DNA of 64,000 bases, taken from IMG/VR virus record IMGVR_UViG_3300037183_000082, positions 16,635 through 80,634 of that record. One strand, given 5' to 3'. Shown piece after piece: positions 1-9,029 of this stretch (its first letter is position 1; every line of letters begins with the position of its first letter). Source of the stretch: a virus. Taxonomy: Duplodnaviria; Caudoviricetes. The position numbers were made by a program, and so were the translations under genes. Below the pieces are notes generated by a model, which was not told where the DNA came from, did no database searches, and saw only the letters and a program-made list of their open reading frames with translations.

Positions 1-31
1 TGCACAGGTGCAGGTTGTTCGGTAACTCCAT
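1..31 (-). CDS. 5' end of a gene running off the window (MELPNNLHLC...)
   Basis: ATG at 31 preceded by the GAAAGGACAG start motif (39-48) used by many other genes here. Confidence 0.55.
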   Translation of the reverse strand, partial: MELPNNLHLC

Positions 32-689
32 GATCGCACTGTCCTTTCACCGCTGCGATCATCCCCCCGGCCACGCCGCACGGACTCCAGTTGACGCAAA
101 TCGCCTCTATTGATAGGTTCCAGGCGTTGCACATACGTCGCTCCCCCCCGAGAGTTGTGCGTGCGAGTGGTGGCGGGATGCAGAGACCCCAGATTCTGAG
201 CGGAATCTGGGGTCTCCTTTTGCGCAACCAATCAGTGGACCCTTGTAGCCTTTCGCCGCACGTCGGGGCAAGAGGCTGCCTGAGTCGCCGCATACCTTTG
301 CAGGCAAGACCACTTGCGCAAGACTGCGGGCCCTCCGGGCCTTGCTTGTGGATCTCCGCAAACGACCTTGCGACGTAGGGGAGCGCCGACGGCCCAGCAC
401 ACCGAGCCCCGCTCTCTAGGGGGGCTCGACAGGCAAGGGAGCGCGAGACCCGACTCGCCAAGGGCTCGCCGTCGCGCTCCGCAAGGCCAAGGAAGGCCGT
501 TCCAGCCAACATGGCTACCACCCTAGCGGTTTTCGCTCTCGGCCCTGGAAGGCCCCTTCTAGAGAGCGGGGCGGCCGTTGGCAGGTTCGTCGGCGCTCCC
601 CTACGTCGCCTTTCAGCGTCGTTTGCGGAGAAAAGTGACCAAAAAAGGCCGAAGGCCCCCGAAATCTGGCTCAGGTTAGGTCGATTCAG

Positions 690-924
690 GGGTTTAGTTT
701 ATTGGGTCCCTACGTAATTACCAATACGTGCGCAAGTGCGCTTGCATGTACGGGCGATCGCGCCCCTTCGCGCACTCGTCAGAAGTAATGAAATAAAATA
801 ACTCAAAAAAACTTCTATGTCATGCGAGGCTTTGATACACACGTATCACACAAAGCGTGAAGTTCTTGCCACACCCGAGCACGAATTTGGATGTTTTGTA
901 GGGACCCCCTAATAAACTAAACCC
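690..924. repeat. 24-bp inverted repeat (690-713 / 898-924, 3-nt insertion in right arm) enclosing an AT-rich core
   Basis: GGGTTTAGTTTATTGGGTCCCTAC vs GTAGGGACCC-CCT-AATAAACTAAACCC, read directly. Confidence 0.85.
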
Positions 925-985
925 TAAAACTCGGCGAATCTTTTGCGTTGGCATGTACCGTGCAAGTAAGACGCCAGTAGCCAGC

Positions 986-1399
986 TCACTTGTGGTGTAT
1001 CCGTTCTACAACGGCTAGCTTGCCAACTTGTCCCACTTGCAAAATGGCGTTGTCAGATTGTCGCAGCACGTTTGGCAGCTCCGCAGGTAGCGGTTTCATC
1101 CCCAAACGGTGTAGCTGGACCACGATCGCTGTGATGCGCCGCTGGTAGACGAGGGACGCCTCCTGCAGCTCCTCGGAGACCTCCGCCCAGGCCCACGCCC
1201 GTCCAAGGGCGAACGCGACCTGCAGAGGGCTCTTGCTGCCCCCTGCGGCCTCGTGCACCGCCCCCTCGAACATCCGAACCGCGAAGCCTGGGGAGAACGC
1301 CGGCACGACTGGCTCAGGTGGTGGGGGTGGCGCCGCAGCCCGAGCGCGGAGGGTGGGTGGCTTGCGCCGTGCGGCGGGCTTGCGGGTCTGTGTGCTCAT
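986..1399 (-). CDS. hypothetical protein (basic Pro-rich N-terminus, helical body)
   Basis: 137-aa ORF with natural composition, divergent from the 1912 gene. Confidence 0.6.
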   Translation of the reverse strand: MSTQTRKPAARRKPPTLRARAAAPPPPPEPVVPAFSPGFAVRMFEGAVHEAAGGSKSPLQVAFALGRAWAWAEVSEELQEASLVYQRRITAIVVQLHRLGMKPLPAELPNVLRQSDNAILQVGQVGKLAVVERIHHK

Positions 1400-1433
1400 A
1401 GCAACACGGTGCCGTTTTGTTCTTGCCCAGACA

Positions 1434-1483
1434 AGACAGACCTGTCTAGATTCCGGTCTGCAACCTGACAGATCTGTCAGGTT
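1434..1483. promoter_or_regulatory. two related palindromes, putative operators
   Basis: perfect 22-bp AACCTGACAGATCTGTCAGGTT (1462-1483) and AGACAG-AC-CTGTCT (1434-1447) in a divergent intergenic region. Confidence 0.6.
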
Positions 1484-1911
1484 AGGGTGGCTTTGATGGA
1501 CGGAGGGTGTCTACCCGCCGCTGTAGCTCTGGCTCGACCAGAGCGTCCTAGCGGGCTGGGTGGTGCCTCCCTGCGAGGGGGTCGGGGTGGTGAAGCTCGT
1601 GGTGCGTGCGTCTCGTTCTGCTGACGCTGGAAGGGCCCACCCGCCTGGACGGTGCCAGTCGAATCTCGTGCGCACGTCCCGCGAGTGGAAGCGCCCCGAT
1701 TTGGTGCTGCCTGCGAAAGCGGTCGCGGTGGGCACCTTCGGTCCATTTAGGCTGGTGTGCGGAAGCGTGCGGTTTGCGATCACGATGGAAACGATCGGGT
1801 ATCGGTTCGGGGGGCGAACCGTGTCGGGCCTGCGTCGCAACGGCGAAGTGACGGCAATGGCTTGAAAGTGCGCTGAATCATGCCGACATTGGCATGTCTG
1901 AGGGGGCAAGT

Positions 1912-2412
1912 ATGACTGTGTGGATATGGGTGGGGGCGCTTGTGGGCTTACTCGCAGTATTTGGGCTCGCGGTCCGACTCGTGACGAAGCCGCGCTCGCT
2001 CGCGTTGCCGCCGCCAAAGACGCGCAGCTGCCAGAAGTGTGTGCACTGGGATCACGAAGAGGGACAGCGCGCACTGCGCAGAAATCCCGCGTTTTGGCAG
2101 GCCGCGCAGACGCTCTCTGCAAACAAGATGTCGCGCGGTGGTGTCGATGCTGAGGGTGTTCCGAAGCGCGGCCCTTCGCTCCCGCAAGTCGAGGATCGCT
2201 GGGAGTACATGGGTGCGTGTCTGAAGCGTGATGAGGTCCGCCATCGCACAGACACTTGCCCCAACTTTCGGTCGCCGCTCACCGCGAAGTTGTTCGGCAC
2301 AAGCGACGCGATCGTGCCGCCGCCGAGTCCGCTTGCAGACGCGCTGGAGCCTAGCGAGCGCGAGGGCACGCAGTACGTCAGCACCGAGGACAAGCGCGGA
2401 GACGCGCCGTGA
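1912..2412 (+). CDS. membrane-anchored Cys-rich hypothetical protein
   Basis: N-terminal TM; CxxCxHW...MGxC...CxxF; GAGGGG RBS before ATG 1912. Confidence 0.75.
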   Translation: MTVWIWVGALVGLLAVFGLAVRLVTKPRSLALPPPKTRSCQKCVHWDHEEGQRALRRNPAFWQAAQTLSANKMSRGGVDAEGVPKRGPSLPQVEDRWEYMGACLKRDEVRHRTDTCPNFRSPLTAKLFGTSDAIVPPPSPLADALEPSEREGTQYVSTEDKRGDAP

Positions 2413-2897
2413 ACCCGCACAATCCCTGGACAGAATGGCGCAAAAACCCGCGTTTGCGTGCGATCGCGTCGGCTGCAATGGCCAAGGTCACAGCGAAGCT
2501 CGCCGGCACTGAGAAGTCGATCGAGCAGCTGCAAGCCGAGGACGCGAACACGCAGGTTGTGCGTGGTGGTGTTCCTGTCGTGTGGAGCGATCCGAGCGGT
2601 CGGCGCCTTCGCGGCAAGGGCGCATCGATCGTCACGCCCGACGGCAAACAGGTGTCGAACTTCGCTGTGCCGCCTAACGCGACGTGCGCCGAGTGTGCGC
2701 ACTTCAACATCACAGAGGGTCGCAAAGAGATCGTTCGGCAGAAGTTCGCCGAGCGCCTTGTGCTCGAAGAAGAATGGGCGTTGCGCCACCTTGGGGGTTC
2801 GATCGACCACATGGGGCTGTGCGGGCGGGCGAATGGCGATCTCGCCACGCTCACGATGAGCCCCGCTTGTGACGGCTTCAAACCGCGGGGCAAGTGA
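2409..2897 (+). CDS. Cys-rich hypothetical protein, partial paralog of upstream gene
   Basis: GTGA coupling; CxxCxHF...MGLC...CxxF. Confidence 0.75.
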   Translation: MNPHNPWTEWRKNPRLRAIASAAMAKVTAKLAGTEKSIEQLQAEDANTQVVRGGVPVVWSDPSGRRLRGKGASIVTPDGKQVSNFAVPPNATCAECAHFNITEGRKEIVRQKFAERLVLEEEWALRHLGGSIDHMGLCGRANGDLATLTMSPACDGFKPRGK

Positions 2898-2898
2898 G

Positions 2899-3135
2899 AT
2901 GGGCATCCTCGACGCCATGATCGATCTCAAGATCATCGCTGCTGCGACGACGTTTACGCGCCTTGTGCGCGAGCAGCTCGACCAGGCCGGCACCGACAAG
3001 ACTGTGCGCGGGCAGATCGCCGTCGTCTTTGACAACGCCCTTGCGCGCTACGCCGAGGTCTCTGCCGATCAACCTACTGTCCAGCGGGTGATCCCGCGTA
3101 TTCGCGTGGAGGTGCGCCGATGTCTGACAGCGTGA
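2899..3135 (+). CDS. hypothetical protein
   Basis: ORF tightly packed in the operon. Confidence 0.65.
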   Translation: MGILDAMIDLKIIAAATTFTRLVREQLDQAGTDKTVRGQIAVVFDNALARYAEVSADQPTVQRVIPRIRVEVRRCLTA

Positions 3136-3458
3136 TCGTTCCGAAACAACACCTTGTGCTCATCGAGCAGCTCGGGCTCCCAATCGCGCCCATCGTGTGC
3201 GACTTCGAGACGCGCGAGGAAGCTGAGGCTGCCGCGCGTGCGTGGGCGGATGCGGGTCGCGTCGAGCATCGCGGGCACGGCATGGCGCCGCGCTCCGAAC
3301 CCATCCTGCAGCTCGTCGCGCTGAAAGCACCCTTTCGCGCGCTCGTCATGTCGCGCACCGAGCACGCGTCGCAGGTGCGTGAGCTGCAAATCAATCAAAT
3401 GCGCGCACACCAAGCTGCGTCGCTTGGCAACGTCCCTCCGACCCCGATTCGCCGATGA
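3120..3458 (+). CDS. hypothetical protein
   Basis: 112-aa ORF overlapping neighbours. Confidence 0.7.
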   Translation: MSDSVIVPKQHLVLIEQLGLPIAPIVCDFETREEAEAAARAWADAGRVEHRGHGMAPRSEPILQLVALKAPFRALVMSRTEHASQVRELQINQMRAHQAASLGNVPPTPIRR

Positions 3459-3802
3459 TCGCACTCATTCAATGGGCGCTCGTGGTGCTCGGCGTGATCT
3501 ACTTTGTCACCGAATCGGTGATCTTCGGGCCCGTGCGCGTGACCCTCACACGCGGCTCCGTTTTCCGTAGCACGCTGCTTTACTGCCCAGCCTGTATGGG
3601 CTTCTGGGTGGGCGTCGCGTCGGGCTTTTTGCAGCCGGCGCTCTGGCAAAACCCTGTGCAGAGCGGTCTCGCTGCGATGGCGCTCGGCCGCATTTGGGCG
3701 CTCTGCGGTGGTGGCGGCAACACGTTCGCGACCGAGCTGCACATGCTTCACATCGACACCGAGGAAACCCATGACACGCAGAAAGAGGCGCAAGATGTCT
3801 GA
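3455..3802 (+). CDS. membrane protein (DUF1360-like pattern, C..CMGFWVG)
   Basis: 2-3 hydrophobic segments, CPACMGFW motif, ATGA coupling. Confidence 0.65.
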   Translation: MIALIQWALVVLGVIYFVTESVIFGPVRVTLTRGSVFRSTLLYCPACMGFWVGVASGFLQPALWQNPVQSGLAAMALGRIWALCGGGGNTFATELHMLHIDTEETHDTQKEAQDV

Positions 3803-5561
3803 GCCACGTCCGAAGGTCGCAACGCACGAAGGTGTTCCGCACGCACAGATTCAGGACGCGCAGACCAAGTGGGAGCACGTCGTGGTTCGCATGCACCGCC
3901 GCGTTGCAGGCGGGAAGCTCGCCGCGCTCGGCAACAAGCAAATGACGCTCGGTGAACTGAGCGACATCGAAAACTACGTCAGGGAGTGTGCGGGCGGCGG
4001 CATTTTTCGGATCGAACCGCGCAACCCGCAGGATCTGCTTTCGTACGCAGACCCGATCCCGCCCTTCACCATCGAGATTGATGGGCCGCCCAAGCCCTCC
4101 AACGCGTTCGAGCACACCGGCAGTCAGATGCCGTTCGCGGGGGGCATCGCGCGCATGTCGAACCCGAGCGGTATGCACATCCCGCCCGAAGCGCTCGCGC
4201 AGATCCCATCCTGGGTGCGACCCGAGCATCGCGCCGCGTGGCTTGCGGCATCAGACCCTGTCGGTGTCGCCGCCGCGAACGGTTTGCCGATGCCTGCGTA
4301 TGACCCGCACATGCCGCGCGCGGCAGCCCCGGCCGCCGCGTTCTCCTCCGATCAGCTCGCCGTCAAACAGCTCGACGAGCTGCGTGCCGAGGTCGCAGCC
4401 GACCGTGCTCGCGCTGCGCAACGCGAGAAGGCTCTCACCGAGGAGCTGGAGCGTTCGCGCAAGGACATCGAGAAGCACAAGGACGAGGAGCGCAGCCTCC
4501 GCGAGAAGGGCGAGCGTGAAGTCCTCAAGCTGCAGCTCGAATCGCTGCGCGCGGAGCTGCAGGTGATTCGCGCGACACCACCGCCAGCTCCGCCCCCTGC
4601 GCGACCGGCGATTCCTGTGGAAGCGTGGATCGGCCTGGTCGGCGCGCTCGCACCCGTGCTCACAGCTGTCGTGACGAGCGGCTCGACGCGACAGGCATCC
4701 ATGGCCGAGCAGCAGGCCAAGGTCGCCGAGCTGCAGATGGCAGGTCTGAGCACGGTGCTCGGTGCCGCCAACAACAAGAAATCCGACCTCTCAGGACTCG
4801 CCGAGACGCTGCTCAAAGTCGCGCCGCTCGCGGTCCCGCTGTTCACCGAGTTTTTCAAGAACAAGAGCCCCGCTGCGCAGGCCAACCTGTTCAGCACGCT
4901 CATGGAAAACAACCTGACGACGCTGAGCACGATGGGCAGCTTCCTGCAGAGCATGCTCGAAATGCAGGGCGGCGACCCGTGGTGGAGGCCGATGGTTGAA
5001 AACGGCATCCAAGGTGTCGTCGCTGCCGCGCAGCAATACTCAGAGATGGCCGTGAAGCAGAACGGCGGGACTGTCGCGAACGAGCAGGCCAAGCCACCCG
5101 CACGTCAGGCGAGCCCCGGCACGACTATGGCCACCATGATCGTAAACAACCCGCAGTTCCCAAAGGAGCTGAAAAACGGCGCGTGGGTCGAGGTCATCGC
5201 AGCGCTGCATGACAAGGCCCCGCCGCCCAACGTCGCCGAGTTTGTGACCGAGGAGCTGGTCGCCATGCGCGACAAGAACGCGCTACCCGAGATCTTCGCG
5301 CAGGTGTTCGAGATGCCAGAGCAAGCTGTTGCGCAGCTCATCGCATTTCTACCCATCTACAAGGCCGATCGTCCCTACGCCGATGCTGTGATCCAAGCCA
5401 TCGGCCAGGCCGTGCGCGCCACGACCGTGGTCGAAACGAAGGGTGAACCTGCCGGCGACGATGACGACGGCGACGATGACGAGCCTGCAGCGCGCCCGCC
5501 GGCTGTGCCTTTCAACCTCAACGCAGCACGTGGCAATGCGCGTGTCCCGGTGCCGGCGTGA
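3795..5561 (+). CDS. large coiled-coil hypothetical protein (588 aa)
   Basis: long ORF with central coiled coil, hydrophobic segment and acidic tail. Confidence 0.8.
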   Translation: MSEPRPKVATHEGVPHAQIQDAQTKWEHVVVRMHRRVAGGKLAALGNKQMTLGELSDIENYVRECAGGGIFRIEPRNPQDLLSYADPIPPFTIEIDGPPKPSNAFEHTGSQMPFAGGIARMSNPSGMHIPPEALAQIPSWVRPEHRAAWLAASDPVGVAAANGLPMPAYDPHMPRAAAPAAAFSSDQLAVKQLDELRAEVAADRARAAQREKALTEELERSRKDIEKHKDEERSLREKGEREVLKLQLESLRAELQVIRATPPPAPPPARPAIPVEAWIGLVGALAPVLTAVVTSGSTRQASMAEQQAKVAELQMAGLSTVLGAANNKKSDLSGLAETLLKVAPLAVPLFTEFFKNKSPAAQANLFSTLMENNLTTLSTMGSFLQSMLEMQGGDPWWRPMVENGIQGVVAAAQQYSEMAVKQNGGTVANEQAKPPARQASPGTTMATMIVNNPQFPKELKNGAWVEVIAALHDKAPPPNVAEFVTEELVAMRDKNALPEIFAQVFEMPEQAVAQLIAFLPIYKADRPYADAVIQAIGQAVRATTVVETKGEPAGDDDDGDDDEPAARPPAVPFNLNAARGNARVPVPA

Positions 5562-5842
5562 ACAGCAAAGAGCGCATTCTCGCTGCGCTACAGGCGTTGC
5601 CTGACGACTGGACAGGCACGCCAACGCCGCGGCGTTTCCTCGAAGCGCGCCTTGCGCTCGATGCGCTCTCGCCAGAGGAGTTGACTCGTGTCGCGCGTTT
5701 CATGCTCGCGAGTGTCTGTGCTGGTGCGCAGATGGCGCAAGGTGAAGGGGTGTCGGTTTCGATGGATGCCGTGCTTGGGTTCGTGCTCACGGAATCCGCC
5801 GCGATGGAGCGCAACATGCTCCGACTCGTTCCTGATCTGTGA
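5558..5842 (+). CDS. hypothetical protein
   Basis: GTGA-coupled 94-aa ORF. Confidence 0.65.
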   Translation: MNSKERILAALQALPDDWTGTPTPRRFLEARLALDALSPEELTRVARFMLASVCAGAQMAQGEGVSVSMDAVLGFVLTESAAMERNMLRLVPDL

Positions 5843-6016
5843 TCGCGCGCGTACTCGCGCCAACATGCGATGCAACCAGCAATCTTACTGTTTGACTCAG
5901 AGTAACCACGCGATCGACTTACCTAGGTTTATGCAAAACACCTTGCGTGTGAAAGCGCATGGCGCTGCAGAAAACGTCTTGCACGACTGTGGTGTGACGA
6001 ACTAGTTTCGGCCTCG

Positions 6017-6114
6017 TTCGACAGGTTTGATTCTGTCTGCACCCGGGGGGGCCGCAGACAGGAGAAAGCTGCAGCGGCCGGGGGGTCTGGCTGTTGCGCT
6101 GTAAGCCTGTCGAA
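6017..6114 (+). ncRNA. candidate structured RNA, three-way junction
   Basis: stems 6017-6028/6103-6114, 6031-6040/6054-6063, 6067-6079/6089-6100 with G-U wobbles on the + strand. Confidence 0.55.
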
Positions 6115-6133
6115 TACCCAATAGGGGCTGTGA

Positions 6134-7801
6134 ATGACATCGCTGCGTTACCGTCTCGCGTCCAGCGCACGCTGGGCCTCGCTTATTTGGAGCGAGGAGC
6201 GGGGCCACTCCCAAGAGTTTCTTTTGGCGTGCGCAGCGGCACTTCCCATCCCCGGGGTGCGTGAGCACCCAAAGGCGATCGATGTTCCCGTAACGGCTTT
6301 CATGCTGCCGGAAGTACATCGGTTGTTTGCGGCAGCTCGGGTCGACATCCCTACCCCACGTTCGGATGTCGACCCGGGCAAGCTGTGGTCACCACAGCAA
6401 AAGCCCTTTGATCACCAAGTGGAAGGTGCGCGCTTCATCGTGAACGCGGGCTCTGCACTTGTCTGCGACGAAATGGGAGTCGGTAAGACTCGCACTGCGA
6501 TTCAGGCTGCGCAGTCTGCTCGACTTAGCTGGGGCGGACCTGCTGTCATTGTTGCACCCAAGTTCACCCGCGCGACTTGGTTGCGCGAGCTGCTCGCGAC
6601 AGGCGCCATCGAAAACCCCACCCAGTTCTGCGCGCTCGAATCGCGCGACCTCGGAGATAGCTCGTTTCGCGCCGGCTGCCACTACTACTTCGTGCACTAC
6701 GACGTCGTTTCGACGTGGTGGACACGCCTGCAGTCGTCTGAGCGCCCGACGGTGACCATCGTCGATGAGGCGCACTGGATCAAGAACGGCCGGGCCAAGC
6801 GATCCAAGGGCGCAGATCTCGCAACTGCCGGCACTCACATGCGGATTTTGCTCACGGGCACGCCGCTCGTGAACAGCCCTGCAGACCTCTGGTACCCGCT
6901 TCAATGCGTCACAGGAGCATCCACTTGGGGCAGTCCGCTCGACTTCAGGGTTCGCTACAACGGTGCGATACGTACGTCGTATGGTCATAAGGACCTAGGG
7001 CCAACCTACACGAACGAGCTGCGTCTGCGCATGGCGCCTTGGTACCTGCGCCGCACGACTGAACAGGCCGGCCTGCAGCTCCCTGCGCTCACGCGCACCG
7101 CAGTCGAGTGTGAGATGTCGCGCGCGCTTGCTCGCGAGCACAGCGGCATTCTCGGCAAGGTCGATCCGGCAGCCATCGTCACCGCGATCTTGGAAAACCG
7201 GATGGGGACCGAGACGCTCAAGATGCTCAATCGGCTGCGCCAGATCACGTCCGCGGCCAAGCTCGGCGACACCGCCGAGTACGTGAGCAACATCCTCGAC
7301 CAGGGCGACGCCGCGGTGGTGTTCGTCTGGCAGCCCGAAACCGCCCGCAAGCTTCGCGCGCGCATGGCCGAGCCTGACGCGCACGCTGAAATCACAGGTG
7401 ACCAGGACCAAGGCACGCGCGACGCGTTGATCGCAGCGTTCCAGGCCGGCGCGGGGCCCGCCGCTCTGTTCTGCACCTACGGCACCGTGCGCGAGGGTGT
7501 GACGCTGCATCGCGCGCGCCATGTTGTGCACCACGACCTCGACTGGACAGCCGTCACCATCCAGCAGGCTGAAAAGCGCATTCACCGCATCGGCCAGAAC
7601 CGCGCTTGCACAGCCACTTGGATGGTCGCGCGCAACTCGATGGACACCATTTTCGCGGAGGTTCTGCGCGCCAAGCTCGACGCCGCACAGCAGGTGTTCG
7701 GCGACGCGAACCCCTTCGAGGCATCTCTCGACACGATTTCGGTCGGCATGTCCCTGCAGGACAAGATGCGCGCCGCGATCGAGGAATGGCGGGCGTGGTG
7801 A
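6134..7801 (+). CDS. SNF2-family (SF2) helicase/ATPase
   Basis: DEMGVGKT Walker A, DEAH, LTGTP, QAEKRIHRIGQ motifs. Confidence 0.93.
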   Translation: MTSLRYRLASSARWASLIWSEERGHSQEFLLACAAALPIPGVREHPKAIDVPVTAFMLPEVHRLFAAARVDIPTPRSDVDPGKLWSPQQKPFDHQVEGARFIVNAGSALVCDEMGVGKTRTAIQAAQSARLSWGGPAVIVAPKFTRATWLRELLATGAIENPTQFCALESRDLGDSSFRAGCHYYFVHYDVVSTWWTRLQSSERPTVTIVDEAHWIKNGRAKRSKGADLATAGTHMRILLTGTPLVNSPADLWYPLQCVTGASTWGSPLDFRVRYNGAIRTSYGHKDLGPTYTNELRLRMAPWYLRRTTEQAGLQLPALTRTAVECEMSRALAREHSGILGKVDPAAIVTAILENRMGTETLKMLNRLRQITSAAKLGDTAEYVSNILDQGDAAVVFVWQPETARKLRARMAEPDAHAEITGDQDQGTRDALIAAFQAGAGPAALFCTYGTVREGVTLHRARHVVHHDLDWTAVTIQQAEKRIHRIGQNRACTATWMVARNSMDTIFAEVLRAKLDAAQQVFGDANPFEASLDTISVGMSLQDKMRAAIEEWRAW

Positions 7802-8817
7802 TCCTCGACATCCTATACGACCCGATGCCCGCTGCGAAGCGCCCGACCGAGCGGCGTGCGCTAGGCGAGGTCGGCATTCCGAACGAGGGGGCCTCGCCCA
7901 CGGGCAGCTCGTTCTACAAGACGTTGCTCGCGTGCCCGCGGGAGTTTGCGCTCGCGCACGTCGAGGGCATCCGGCCTGTGATCGAGCGCGACGAGCTGTC
8001 GATCGGGATCATCTTCCACCACGCGCTCATGGTGTACTACCGCGCGATCTACGAGCACCAACAGCGGTGCAAACCGGCCACGCGCTGTCCTGTCGGCAAT
8101 GAAAAGCTAGCGCCCGAGTGGCAGCACTTCTTCTGGGGCAACCAGCGCGAGGCTGGCCAGGCTGCGTTTGCGTCCGTGCTGCAGCTCGCAGCAGAGCCTG
8201 GCTACACGGAGATCTACGAGACCGTCGAGCGCTGCCTTGAAGCCTATTTCGAGACCTATTGGCGCACCGACCGCTGGATTGTCGTCGCGGTCGAGGAGAC
8301 GATCATTCGCAACGGGTTGCCGACGCCATGGAGCGCACGCCTCGATCTATTCATCCACGACATGAAAGACGACGGCCTGTGGATCTGCGAGCACAAGACC
8401 GCGAAGTTCATCAACGCCGACCTCATCGACAACTATGAGATGGACATTCAGATCCTCGGCCAAAAGTGGCTCGTGCAGCGTTGTGTTGATCTCACCGCGT
8501 ACCCGCACTTCAAGGGCGTGCTCATCAACATCGTGAGCAAGGCGAAAACACCCAAGCTCGTGCGCACCCAGGTAAGCCCGAGCCCCGCGCACCTGCGCGA
8601 GTTCGAGAACACGCTCGCGAGCCTTCCCGTGCAGCGCAAGGTCTATGAGCGCCTCGGTTGGCCGAAGTTCCTCGGCCACTGCTCGGGCTACGCGCGCGGC
8701 TACTCGCGGTGTCAATTCTATTCGCTTTGCCATGACTACCCGGAAGTCACGCCCGCGCAGTGGCGCGGCTTCGATTTGCCGGAGGAGTTTGAACGTAAGG
8801 AGGTTGCTGTGCCCTAG
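7798..8817 (+). CDS. PD-(D/E)XK nuclease (Cas4/RecB-like phage exonuclease)
   Basis: ARLDL..EHKT catalytic motifs, Q..G.Y-like motif, N-terminal Cys plus C-terminal C..C...C; GTGA coupling. Confidence 0.85.
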   Translation: MILDILYDPMPAAKRPTERRALGEVGIPNEGASPTGSSFYKTLLACPREFALAHVEGIRPVIERDELSIGIIFHHALMVYYRAIYEHQQRCKPATRCPVGNEKLAPEWQHFFWGNQREAGQAAFASVLQLAAEPGYTEIYETVERCLEAYFETYWRTDRWIVVAVEETIIRNGLPTPWSARLDLFIHDMKDDGLWICEHKTAKFINADLIDNYEMDIQILGQKWLVQRCVDLTAYPHFKGVLINIVSKAKTPKLVRTQVSPSPAHLREFENTLASLPVQRKVYERLGWPKFLGHCSGYARGYSRCQFYSLCHDYPEVTPAQWRGFDLPEEFERKEVAVP

Positions 8818-9001
8818 TGCTTTGTACGGCACGGTTTTGCGCCGCACGGTACTGCACCGTCAGGTAGAAAGATGGATTCAAAAAGTTTCTGCCGCGGTTC
8901 TGTCAATCGTGGTTCGGTAGCGTGGGGTTCTGTGGAGTTAGTTTATGCAGCGTGATGTCTCCTAGCGTCATGTTTGGCTCGGTTCGGCTCTAGTTCGGTT
9001 C
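8818..9001 (+). repeat. 5-nt-periodic NGY-NN array (two tracts), candidate guide RNA(s) for the adjacent RAMP protein
   Basis: tract 1 (8818-8867): 10/10 units start NGY; tract 2 (8896-8990): 16/19 units, plus 2 more after a 1-nt slip; non-coding. Confidence 0.85.
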
Positions 9002-9029
9002 GACAAGACGAAGAAAAGGGTGGTTTTCA

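Noticed and set aside
91-717. Short ORFs at the window start
   Set aside because: No RBS, low-complexity Arg/Pro/Ala translations, mutually overlapping; region looks non-coding
8818-9001. CRISPR array next to Cas4-like and Cas7-like genes
   Set aside because: No 25-45-bp direct repeats with unique spacers here, none noticed elsewhere, and no cas1/cas2; the periodicity is 5 nt
8818-9001. Simple microsatellite or coding explanation for the periodic tract
   Set aside because: Units are not copies of each other, only two positions are constrained, and 5-nt periodicity is incompatible with codon structure; overlapping ORFs 8645..8920 and 9020..9298 look like shadow frames
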